Positions 18,828-27,439 of a stretch of DNA of 44,277 nucleotides are shown here, one piece after another. The notes under the pieces are model-generated. The model was given only the letters and a program-made list of their open reading frames with translations. It was not told the origin of the DNA and searched no databases. Source of the DNA: Polaromonas sp. Lineage in GTDB: Bacteria; Pseudomonadota; Gammaproteobacteria; Burkholderiales; Burkholderiaceae_C. How positions within the stretch are numbered: position 1 is the stretch's first letter; the number at the start of each line of letters is the position of its first letter. The DNA lies in assembly GCA_043738155.1 (NCBI GenBank), contig JAYSZH010000032.1, positions 1 through 44,277 on the forward strand, in the 5' to 3' direction. A program made the translations under genes and the position numbers.

Positions 18828-20954
18828 ATGCAAAAGTATTCAAACATCCGCCTGCGCCCCAGCATCGTTTTACTGTTCGTCATATTGGTTGTACCTATTT
18901 TCACAGCCATGCTGTGGTTTACGTACACCACAAACGACTCGATGACGCGCATCAACGCCAAAGACTTGATGGGGCGCTTCCGTTTTGAGGCCACAACCAA
19001 CATACAAAACTTGCTCAGACCCATAGAAACCATGGTGGGAACAGCGGCCACACTGGGCAGCACCCAGCAGCAGTTTTTCCGTGATGCCAATTCTTGGGAC
19101 TATTTGAAAGACATTCTTTCGCACAGTGAAACAACCAGCAGTGTCTACGTCGGTTTTGAAGATGGCACGTTTCGCATGGTGATACGCACCAGCCCAGGCA
19201 TGATCATACAAAACCAGTCCGTACCGGCAGAATCAAACCTGGCATACCGCTGGATTGATCGCGGAGATCCCAAAGTCGTTGGTAACTCTGTTTTTGATGT
19301 GTTTACGTTTAAAAACAAACAAGATCTGGCCATTGCTGCGACGCAAGTACCTGCCACTTACGACCCGCGTCAACGTGATTGGTACAGAGCAGCCTCCATC
19401 AACAAAAGAGTGACAATCACGGCACCCTATATTTTTTCAGCTTCAGGCTTGCCGGGCATCACCATTGCAGCGCCTTTTTATGCAGATGGGAAAATGATTG
19501 GTGTCGTAGCGGCAGATATCACGCTGGACAATCTATCGAAATTTCTAGCTGAACGGATCGTCAGCAAAAGTGCGATGAGTTTGATCATCGACGACCACGA
19601 CAAGGTCATTGCAAACTCCAACCTCAAAGAGCAAGCCAAGCGCGTCGCTGGAAAAATCGACCTCAAACATGTCGGCGCGCTGGACAGCGACCTACCAGCG
19701 CTGGCTATGGTGCAGCAATCTAAGGTAGCCGACAAAGACAACTTTACCTTTGTGCATCCCACCACCAAAGAAGAGTACGCAGCCAGTTTCAGCAGTTTTG
19801 CGTCTGACAGCAGCAAGCGCTGGCAAATTTTAATCGTCGCGCCGCTGGATGATTTCTCAGGCCCGCTCAAGGAAAACAACAAACGCCTGCTCGTTTTTGG
19901 TACCTTAGCCATTATTTTGCAAATCCTATTCATTTACTTTTTATCTAGACTCATTGCCAAACCGTTAGAGCGATTGGAGAAAAGGGTCAACGATGTACGC
20001 GAATTGGTTGAAGTAGCTAAGCCCGAGGTGATTGAGTCGCCTATTCGAGAAATTGCATCACTCAGTCGCGCCGTCGATACGCTGGATCATGCCGTTCGCT
20101 CATTCGCAGCTTTCGTTCCAGTGGGTCTGGTTAAGCATTTGATCGACTCAGAACAGCAATTGCAACTAGGTGGAAAAAGCCGTTTTTTGACCATCATGTT
20201 TTGCGACGTAGAAGCTTTTTCGACCTTGGCTGAAAGCAGCCCATCACAAGAATTATTAAGCCGTATCTCCGCCTATTTAGAAGTGGTCACACTGGCTGTT
20301 AACAAAGAACATGGCACGATTGATAAATTCATCGGCGATGCGGCCATGGCCTTTTGGGGTGCGCCGGTGGAGCTGAATGACCATGCTTGGCACGCCTGCG
20401 CCGCAGCCATTCGTATCAGCCAACGCATGGCAAAACTCAACGAAAAATGGGTTGCCGAAGGCTTAGCACCGCTGCAAATACGGGTGGGCATCCATTGCGA
20501 CTCCGTGATGGTGGGTAATATTGGCTCGAAACACCGCATGAGCTACACGGTGATGGGCGATGCTGTGAATTTAACCTCGCGCTTAGAGGGCATCAACAAA
20601 GACTACGGCACACAGATTTGCGTGAGCCAATCTATTTACCGCGAAGTAGGTGAGCGTTTGTCACTTCGTCCGATTGACGAAGTGACCGTCAAAGGTCGTC
20701 GCGGTGCTTTGCATATTTATGAATTGTTCGGCGTGATTGACGCTAACCAGGCAAATTCCGACTTGGAAGCCAGCGCAGAAGTCGTTGAGCAATGCAGGCT
20801 GACAAAATTAGCGCATCAGGCCTACACTGAGAAAAACTGGCAGGAAGCGGCTATTCGCTACGAAGCACTACTCGCGCACCAGCCCAAAGATCAGCTAGCA
20901 GCTCATATGCTCCTGCGCTGCAAAACTGAGCTTCAGCATGGTGTTTCAACATGA
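18828..20954 (+). CDS. Membrane sensor class III adenylate/guanylate cyclase (Cache-like periplasmic domain, HAMP, cyclase, TPR-like tail)
   Basis: 708-aa ORF. It has TM1 (IVLLFVILVVPIFTAML) and a ~320-aa periplasmic region with the ITAPYIF.ASGLPGITIAAPFY...IGVVAADITL Cache signature. TM2 (LLVFGTLAIILQILFIYFLS) and a HAMP-like linker follow. The cyclase core carries FCDVEAFSTL, FIGDAAMAFWGAP and YTVMGDAVNLTSRLEG. Confidence 0.85.
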   Translation: MQKYSNIRLRPSIVLLFVILVVPIFTAMLWFTYTTNDSMTRINAKDLMGRFRFEATTNIQNLLRPIETMVGTAATLGSTQQQFFRDANSWDYLKDILSHSETTSSVYVGFEDGTFRMVIRTSPGMIIQNQSVPAESNLAYRWIDRGDPKVVGNSVFDVFTFKNKQDLAIAATQVPATYDPRQRDWYRAASINKRVTITAPYIFSASGLPGITIAAPFYADGKMIGVVAADITLDNLSKFLAERIVSKSAMSLIIDDHDKVIANSNLKEQAKRVAGKIDLKHVGALDSDLPALAMVQQSKVADKDNFTFVHPTTKEEYAASFSSFASDSSKRWQILIVAPLDDFSGPLKENNKRLLVFGTLAIILQILFIYFLSRLIAKPLERLEKRVNDVRELVEVAKPEVIESPIREIASLSRAVDTLDHAVRSFAAFVPVGLVKHLIDSEQQLQLGGKSRFLTIMFCDVEAFSTLAESSPSQELLSRISAYLEVVTLAVNKEHGTIDKFIGDAAMAFWGAPVELNDHAWHACAAAIRISQRMAKLNEKWVAEGLAPLQIRVGIHCDSVMVGNIGSKHRMSYTVMGDAVNLTSRLEGINKDYGTQICVSQSIYREVGERLSLRPIDEVTVKGRRGALHIYELFGVIDANQANSDLEASAEVVEQCRLTKLAHQAYTEKNWQEAAIRYEALLAHQPKDQLAAHMLLRCKTELQHGVST

Positions 20955-20987
20955 TTTTCATAAAAAATTACTGATCTATTTGTAATT

Positions 20988-21050
20988 TTGCTATATTTTT
21001 AATAGCTAATTAAGCAATAAATACGCCGGCTAGATGTCGATTTTAGTCTT
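20988..21050 (+). repeat. Dispersed repeat copy 3
   Basis: 20988..21043 reads TTGCTATATTTTTAATAGCTAATTAAGCAATAAATACGCCGGCTAGATGTCGATTT. The core is exact at 21016..21032. It lies between the convergent cyclase and oxidoreductase ends. Confidence 0.9.
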
Positions 21051-21073
21051 GATAATCAGTTATTATTTATAAC

Positions 21074-24000
21074 TTAAACTTGTTTCATCAACGCATCCCA
21101 CTTCAATCGTGCTGTGGCTGCATTTTTCTCCTTCACATGGCCAAAGCCTTTGATGCTGTCCGGTATACGGGCGATATCAAGCGCTATCGGCAAGAGAGTT
21201 TGCGTATTCTCTGCGCTTAGTTTGTGTATGACGGCCTCCATGCTTTTGCGGTAATCGGCCACAAGTGCACGCTCCATACGCCGCTCTGCTGTTTTACCAA
21301 AGATATCAAAGGCAGTACCGCGCAAAACCTTTAGCTTGGCGAGCAGTTTAAAACTGGTCAGCATCCAAGGGCCAAACTGCTGCTTTTGCAGCTCACCACG
21401 GTCATTTTTCTTGGCGATTAAAGGGGGGGCGAGGTGATAATTGAGCTTGTAATCGCCTTCAAACATACCGGCTACTTTTTTCTCGAACGTGCCGTCGCTG
21501 TGTAAGCGTGCAACTTCATACTCATCTTTGTAGGCCATGAGTTTGAAGAGGTTGCGGGCAACCGCTTCGGTCAATGGTAATGTTTTGGCGATGACATCGC
21601 CGTTTAAAGCCTGCTCCTTGCTGTGAATTTTTTCAACAAAATCAACATAGTTAGCAGCGTAGCCCGCATTTTGGTAAGCGGTTAAAAATGCGACGCGTTT
21701 GGCGATGACTTCTTCTAATGGATCGCGTCTTTTGAAATCAATCACGCTCACTGCGTTGTTGCTCGCTTGCAATAACAGCTCAACTTCAGTCCAATTGTGT
21801 GCAGCGCGGCAGCCCCACTCAAAAGCAGTTTTGTTGTTATCCACCGCCACAGCGTTGAGCTCAATCGCCCGCATGAGCGATGTTTTTTGCAGCGGCACCC
21901 AGCCTTTTTGCCAAGCATAGCCCAACATGATAGGGTTGGTGTAAATGCTGTCGCCCATCATCACCGTTGCCAAAGCATCAGCATTGAAGGCGCTAACGCC
22001 GCCGATTTGACCACTATTTGAACCAACTGTCCCGACGATGGCGGTGATGCTATCAACACAGCCTTGTGACGGATTCTGCCAATTGGCATTTTTCACAAAA
22101 GCTGCCGTCGGCGTGCTGTGCGCATTCAGTGCAACGTGTGTGCGCCCTGCGCGCATACGCAGGATGGTTTCTTTGTTGGCAGAAACAATCGGGTCGCAGC
22201 CGATAATCAAATCTGCGCCCGCCATGCCCACACGGGTGGTACGAATGTCGTCTTGATGGTCGGCAATCAGCACATGGCTCCAGGTCGCGCCGCCCTTCTG
22301 CGCCAAGCCGCCAGCGTCTTGGGTGACAATCCCTTTGCCTTCCATGTGTGCTGCAAAACCCAACAATTGACCAATGGTGATAACGCCTGTTCCCCCCACG
22401 CCGTTAACGACGATGCCGTAGGCATTCGGTGTCTCCAAAATAACCGGCTTGGGTAAGGCCGTCATCGTGAATGGATTTGGCGTTGCGTTCGTAGTTTTGC
22501 TTTTCTTCTTTAGTTGCCCACCTTCCACGGTGACAAAACTCGGGCAAAAGCCTTTGACACAAGAGTAGTCTTTGTTGCAGCTGCTTTGGTTGATGGTGCG
22601 TTTGCGGCCAAAGTCAGTCTCTAGCGGTTCAACGCTCAAGCAATTGCTTTGCACACCACAATCGCCACAACCCTCACACACCAGCTCGTTGATGACGACG
22701 CGCTTGGCCACATCCACCATGGTGCCACGCTTGCGACGGCGGCGTTTTTCAGTGGCACATGTTTGGTCATAAATAATGACTGTTGTTCCCTTGATTTCCC
22801 GGAATTGCTTTTGGATCGTGTCTAGCTCATCGCGGTGATGAACTGTCACGCCCTCCACCAAGCGGACACCTTCATACTTTTCAGGCTCATCTGTCACGAC
22901 GACGATTTTTACAGCACCCTCAGCTTGCATGGATTGCGCAATTTGCACAACCGAGTGGCCTTCAGGACGCTCTCCTACTGGCTGACCACCCGTCATCGCC
23001 ACAGCATCGTTGTACAAAATTTTGTAGGTGATGTTGACACCTGCGGCGATGGACTGCCGAACGGCAAGCAACCCGCTGTGAAAGTATGTACCGTCTCCCA
23101 AATTAGCAAAAATGTGCTGATCCGTGGTGAATGGCTGCTGCCCCACCCAAGGCACGCCCTCACCGCCCATTTGGGTGAAGCCGACAGTGGACCTATCCAT
23201 CCAAATGCTCATGAAATGGCAACCAATCCCCGCCATGGCGCGAGAGCCTTCGGGCACTTTGGTTGAGGTGTTGTGCGGGCAACCCGAACAAAACCAAGGT
23301 TGACGCTCAGAATCGCTGAGCTGCTGAATGGTTTGCACCTTCATGGCGCGTTCTTTGGCTTCTAAAATCGTCAATTGCGCATCGATTCCTTTGCGAATGT
23401 CACTGCCATCGCCGCCATCCATGCCCAGTTTTTGGAGTCGTCCTGCAATCGCTTTGGCGATGATAGCGGGGGACAAATCAGCATTCGCACGCAGCAAGGT
23501 GTTCGCGCTGGGGCTAGGTGTGGACCACTCACCACCTTCCATCTCGTTGAATTTACCCAACACCGTTGGACGAACATCATCCCGCCAGTTGTACAACTCT
23601 TCTTTGAGTTGGTATTCAATGACTTGACGCTTTTCTTCGACAACTAAAATTTCTTGCAAACCCGTGGCAAATTCACGCGTCAATTGCGCTTCTAATGGCC
23701 AGACCACACCGACTTTGTGCAAGCGAATGCCAATACGACGACAAGTGGCGTCATCCAGCCCCAAGTCCAGCAGCGCTTGGCGGGTGTCGTTGTAGGCTTT
23801 GCCACTGGCGATCAAACCGAAGCGGTCGTTTTCGCCCTCAATGGCGTTGTAGTTCAAGCGGTTGGCGCGGATGTAGGCCAAAGCAGCATACCATTTGTAG
23901 TCAAACAAACGCGCCTCTTGCTCTAATGCCGCATCCGGCCAGCGAATGTGCAAACCACCTACTGGCATCTCAAAATCAGTAGGCATGATGATTTTCACGC

Positions 24001-24688
24001 GCTCGGGGTCGATCATTGCGGTGGCGCTGGATTCGACAATTTCCTGGATCGTTTTCATACCCGCCCACACGCCAGAGAAGCGGCTCATGGCAAAGGCGTG
24101 AATGCCTAAATCAAGGATTTCTTGCACATTGGCTGGAAAGAATACCGGCAAGCCGCAGGCTTTAAAAATATGGTCGCTTTGATGCGCAGCTGTTGAGCTT
24201 TTGGAGATATGGTCGTCCCCTGCGACGGCAATCACCCCTCCAAACTCGGTCGTACCCGCCATATTGGCATGTTTGAAAACATCAGAGCACCGGTCCACAC
24301 CGGGCCCTTTACCGTACCAAATGCCAAAGACGCCATCAAACTTGTTTGTCCCAGGTGGCGAAAAACCGAGTTGCTGTGTCCCCCACAGCGCAGTAGCTGC
24401 CAACTCTTCATTGACACCGGGTTGGAAGACGATGTTTTGCGCATTTAAGTACGGCGCGGCTTTCCACAAAGCTTGGTCATAGCCACCTAGCGGCGAACCG
24501 CGGTAACCACTGACAAAGCCTGCTGTATTTTTACCTTGCAATTGGTCACGCACGCGCTGCAACATGGGCAACTTCACCAAAGCTTGCACCCCGCTCATAA
24601 ACGCACTACCGTAATCTAGCGAATACTTATCGTCCAATGTGACGGTTTCTAGCGCTTTGCGAATATGTTCAGGCAGGGGTGCATTCAT
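21074..24688 (-). CDS. Indolepyruvate ferredoxin oxidoreductase family protein (fused alpha/beta)
   Basis: 1204-aa ORF with a TPP-binding region (GDGTYFHSG), a 4Fe-4S Cys cluster (CEGCGDCGVQSNC) and a C-terminal IorB-like domain. A divergent Lrp/AsnC regulator is the usual neighbour. Confidence 0.9.
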   Translation of the reverse strand: MNAPLPEHIRKALETVTLDDKYSLDYGSAFMSGVQALVKLPMLQRVRDQLQGKNTAGFVSGYRGSPLGGYDQALWKAAPYLNAQNIVFQPGVNEELAATALWGTQQLGFSPPGTNKFDGVFGIWYGKGPGVDRCSDVFKHANMAGTTEFGGVIAVAGDDHISKSSTAAHQSDHIFKACGLPVFFPANVQEILDLGIHAFAMSRFSGVWAGMKTIQEIVESSATAMIDPERVKIIMPTDFEMPVGGLHIRWPDAALEQEARLFDYKWYAALAYIRANRLNYNAIEGENDRFGLIASGKAYNDTRQALLDLGLDDATCRRIGIRLHKVGVVWPLEAQLTREFATGLQEILVVEEKRQVIEYQLKEELYNWRDDVRPTVLGKFNEMEGGEWSTPSPSANTLLRANADLSPAIIAKAIAGRLQKLGMDGGDGSDIRKGIDAQLTILEAKERAMKVQTIQQLSDSERQPWFCSGCPHNTSTKVPEGSRAMAGIGCHFMSIWMDRSTVGFTQMGGEGVPWVGQQPFTTDQHIFANLGDGTYFHSGLLAVRQSIAAGVNITYKILYNDAVAMTGGQPVGERPEGHSVVQIAQSMQAEGAVKIVVVTDEPEKYEGVRLVEGVTVHHRDELDTIQKQFREIKGTTVIIYDQTCATEKRRRRKRGTMVDVAKRVVINELVCEGCGDCGVQSNCLSVEPLETDFGRKRTINQSSCNKDYSCVKGFCPSFVTVEGGQLKKKSKTTNATPNPFTMTALPKPVILETPNAYGIVVNGVGGTGVITIGQLLGFAAHMEGKGIVTQDAGGLAQKGGATWSHVLIADHQDDIRTTRVGMAGADLIIGCDPIVSANKETILRMRAGRTHVALNAHSTPTAAFVKNANWQNPSQGCVDSITAIVGTVGSNSGQIGGVSAFNADALATVMMGDSIYTNPIMLGYAWQKGWVPLQKTSLMRAIELNAVAVDNNKTAFEWGCRAAHNWTEVELLLQASNNAVSVIDFKRRDPLEEVIAKRVAFLTAYQNAGYAANYVDFVEKIHSKEQALNGDVIAKTLPLTEAVARNLFKLMAYKDEYEVARLHSDGTFEKKVAGMFEGDYKLNYHLAPPLIAKKNDRGELQKQQFGPWMLTSFKLLAKLKVLRGTAFDIFGKTAERRMERALVADYRKSMEAVIHKLSAENTQTLLPIALDIARIPDSIKGFGHVKEKNAATARLKWDALMKQV

Positions 24689-24811
24689 GCTATCGGTCTC
24701 TCATTGTTATTTATATGACACAAAGTGTATGCTTGATGAGCGGGTAAGTGTTTGCTATTTTTGCTTGAAATTAGCTGTTACATGGATAAATCTTGCTTAA
24801 AATATAAAAAT

Positions 24812-25300
24812 ATGGAAACACTCGATAAGTTTGATGTCTTGATATTGAAAGAACTTCAAGCAGATGGCCGACTCACCAACGCTGAATTGGCGTCACGCGT
24901 AGGCCTGTCAGCAGCGCCCTGCTGGCGACGCGTGCGAGCGCTTGAAGAAAGTGGTTTCATCAAAGGCTATCGCGCAGAAATCGACCGCCACAAAATAGGT
25001 TTGGGTGTTTTAGCGTTTGTGAGGCTTGATGCCGAGCGAAATCGTGGCGATGTAACGCGTGAGCTAGAAGAAGCCATCAAAAAATTACCACAAGTGGTGA
25101 GCTGCCATTACATAAGCGGCACAGGCACATTTGAATTGCAAGTGGTGGCCCAAGATTTAGACAATTTTTCGAACTTTGCACTAAAGCAATTGATCAACCT
25201 GCCGAATGTGAAAGATCTGCACACCAGCTTCTCCTTGGGTGAGGTGAAAGCCAGCAGTGAATTACCTCTGGATCATTTAATCAAAAAATTAACGCGGTGA
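24812..25300 (+). CDS. Lrp/AsnC family transcriptional regulator
   Basis: The ATG at 24812 gives METLDKFDVLILKELQADGRLTNAELASRVGLSAAPCWRRVRALEESGFI, an HTH followed by a RAM domain. The ORF-track start at 24752 adds an implausible 20-aa leader. Confidence 0.9.
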   Translation: METLDKFDVLILKELQADGRLTNAELASRVGLSAAPCWRRVRALEESGFIKGYRAEIDRHKIGLGVLAFVRLDAERNRGDVTRELEEAIKKLPQVVSCHYISGTGTFELQVVAQDLDNFSNFALKQLINLPNVKDLHTSFSLGEVKASSELPLDHLIKKLTR

Positions 25301-26458
25301 TTTTGGCCACAGCACCCACATTTGCAATGGTTGTTTGATACGTCCTGCTGAGTCCCCTGCTTCGGCACCCCAACCCATAAAGTAGTCAGCACGCACCGCA
25401 CCCGTGATGGCGCTACCTGTGTCTTGCGCCAAAACCAATTTTTGGAAACGCTGTGCGACACCCTCCGACCCATTGCTAGATAACCATACTGGCGTACCAT
25501 AAGGAATACTGCCACGATCAACAGCGATAGAGCGACCGGGTGTGAGTGGCACACCCTGCGCACCTTTGGGCCCTGATTGCGCATCTGGCATAGCTTCTTC
25601 ACGGAAGAACACAACGCGAGGGTTGCTCCACAGCAGCTCATTCAAACGATGTGGGTTTCGTGCCAGCCAGCTTTTGATGCCAAGCCACGACACATCACGC
25701 GTGCCACCTTGGTCAAGCAGCCAACGCCCAACGCTTTTGTAGGGCTGCTCATTGGTGCTGGCATAAGCCAAGCGCACAGTTCGTTTTGAGCCATCGGCCT
25801 CCAGCATATTGACGCGACCTGAGCCTTGGATATGCAAAATCAAGGCATCAATAGGATCTGGGACATAGGCAATTTCCAAACCGCGCAATTGCGCTTTTAC
25901 TTGCGGCAGAGTATCCATCTCTTGTCGTGTATACCAAGGTGTTTTGCTATTCGTATTTACAGGTGAGCGATACAAAGGTACTGTAAAACCAGGGCGCAAT
26001 TTACGAGATGCCTCTAAAACGGGTTCGAAATATGAAGTCAGCAAGCCCTCGGTTGGACCTTGCAAACTTTCGACGCGATAGGGTTGCAAGGTCTGCATCA
26101 TCCAATATTTTTGCTCAGTACTGCTGGCAATGCTTAAGCGTCGAATTTCTGGACACAAATATGCGTTGGCTGTTGCTGCATTTTGACAACTTTTTAGCCA
26201 AGCGTTCCATGCCTCATGTTGCGTGGCATCGTTATCTTGCCAGCCTGGCAATTCTTGCCACCAAACAGGAACCCAACGGCTTTTGGCTTGCAATATCGGT
26301 GCTGGTAACACATTTGCATCCACAACAGCCCCCGTTGGCGCAACCGCGTTATGACTTGGAGTCAGGGGCGTCGCGCACGAGGCTAAGAAGCCTACAATCA
26401 AGACATAAAGAAGAATATTTTTAAACAACTTTTGCAAAATTTTCCTTGGAAAAATCAT
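25289..26458 (-). CDS. mltA: Membrane-bound lytic murein transglycosylase A (lipoprotein)
   Basis: The start at the ATG (complement of 26456..26458) gives MIFPRKILQKLFKNILLYVLIVGFLASC, a signal peptide with a lipobox. ILHIQGSGRV and YKSVGRWLLDQG are MltA-domain motifs. The 41 extra upstream codons in the ORF track are unlikely to be translated. The 3' end overlaps the lrp-like 3' end by 12 bp. Confidence 0.85.
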   Translation of the reverse strand: MIFPRKILQKLFKNILLYVLIVGFLASCATPLTPSHNAVAPTGAVVDANVLPAPILQAKSRWVPVWWQELPGWQDNDATQHEAWNAWLKSCQNAATANAYLCPEIRRLSIASSTEQKYWMMQTLQPYRVESLQGPTEGLLTSYFEPVLEASRKLRPGFTVPLYRSPVNTNSKTPWYTRQEMDTLPQVKAQLRGLEIAYVPDPIDALILHIQGSGRVNMLEADGSKRTVRLAYASTNEQPYKSVGRWLLDQGGTRDVSWLGIKSWLARNPHRLNELLWSNPRVVFFREEAMPDAQSGPKGAQGVPLTPGRSIAVDRGSIPYGTPVWLSSNGSEGVAQRFQKLVLAQDTGSAITGAVRADYFMGWGAEAGDSAGRIKQPLQMWVLWPKSPR

Positions 26459-26600
26459 GACTTTATTGATACTTGAAGCCTTGCTAGCGCTACTGATATT
26501 GATTGGTATCGTGTGGTGGACTATGTTTTCAGGGCGTTCAAAAGGCGAGATTCGAGATCGGATACAAAAACAAACGGACAAAAATGACGAGTCAGAGTGA
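26457..26600 (+). CDS. Candidate small membrane protein (47 aa), below the ORF-track length cut-off
   Basis: My own translation is MTLLILEALLALLILIGIVWWTMFSGRSKGEIRDRIQKQTDKNDESE. That is one clean TM helix followed by a charged tail. Its ATG (26457..26459) interlocks with the mltA ATG in a TCATGA. The Shine-Dalgarno sequence is weak (GGA). Confidence 0.35.
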   Translation: MTLLILEALLALLILIGIVWWTMFSGRSKGEIRDRIQKQTDKNDESE

Positions 26601-26621
26601 TCTCACGCATGTTGAAAAAAT

Positions 26622-27428
26622 TCACAATACACGGTGTTGCAACGCAGGTAGTTGCTGTCGAGTGTGCTTTAGTTTTTCAATATCCAAATCGGCCATCACG
26701 ACACCTTCACCCTCTGGCAAAACCGATAACACCGTACCCCAGGGTTCAATCACCATCGTATGCCCCCAAGTGCGCCTACCAGATGGATGCGTTCCGCCTT
26801 GAGCTGGTGCGATCACATAAGCCAAGTTTTCTATAGCTCTGGCACGTAGCAAAATCTCCCAATGTGCTTGACCGGTTGTGTAAGTAAAGGCACTGGGCAC
26901 CAGCCACGCATCAACTTCTTGCATGCGGTAAAGCTCAGGAAAACGCATGTCATAGCAAACGCTTAGACCGATGCGCCAAGTATGTCCATCTTTTGAGGGC
27001 AACTCAAAACAGGTTGGTTGATCACCGCGCTCTAAAACATGCGATTCATCGTAGCGCTCCATGCCATTATCAAAACGAAACAAATGAATTTTGTCGTACC
27101 GCGCTGCTAACCCGCCATCTGGGGAGTAAACCAAAACACTATTTCGGACATGCAAAGGATCGTCAGTAGCCATGGGTATGGTTCCGCCTACGATCCACAG
27201 ATTCAGTTCGCGCGCCATCGTAGCAAAAAAATGTTGGATTTTCCCTGCACCTGACTGCTCTGAAATAGCCAATTTATCCGTATCTTTGCTACCGATCATG
27301 CAAAAATACTCCGGCAGGGCAGCAAGTTCTGCACCTTGTCCCGCAGCATGTCTTAGCAATACGGCAGCATTCGCCAGATTAACATCCAAGTCGCTGCCAG
27401 CGACCATTTGAATTGCGGCAACTTTCAT
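26622..27428 (-). CDS. Carbon-nitrogen hydrolase (nitrilase superfamily, Nit/omega-amidase-like)
   Basis: 268-aa ORF starting MKVAAIQM, with the catalytic-triad contexts LPEYF (Glu), YDKIHLF (Lys) and GLSVCYDMRFPE (Cys). Confidence 0.88.
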   Translation of the reverse strand: MKVAAIQMVAGSDLDVNLANAAVLLRHAAGQGAELAALPEYFCMIGSKDTDKLAISEQSGAGKIQHFFATMARELNLWIVGGTIPMATDDPLHVRNSVLVYSPDGGLAARYDKIHLFRFDNGMERYDESHVLERGDQPTCFELPSKDGHTWRIGLSVCYDMRFPELYRMQEVDAWLVPSAFTYTTGQAHWEILLRARAIENLAYVIAPAQGGTHPSGRRTWGHTMVIEPWGTVLSVLPEGEGVVMADLDIEKLKHTRQQLPALQHRVL

Positions 27429-27439
27429 GAATCAGTTCC

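Noticed and set aside
24750-24790. GTTTGCTATTTTTGCTTGAAATTAGCTG in the ior/lrp divergent spacer, which resembles the left arm of the dispersed repeat
   Set aside because: It shares only the GCTATTTTTGCT motif and lacks the conserved core. It is more simply explained as AT-rich promoter or Lrp-binding DNA.
25289-25300. A 12-bp convergent overlap of the lrp-like and mltA 3' ends as a possible antisense regulatory arrangement
   Set aside because: Short 3'-3' overlaps are common in compact genomes. Nothing else in the sequence suggests a special mechanism.
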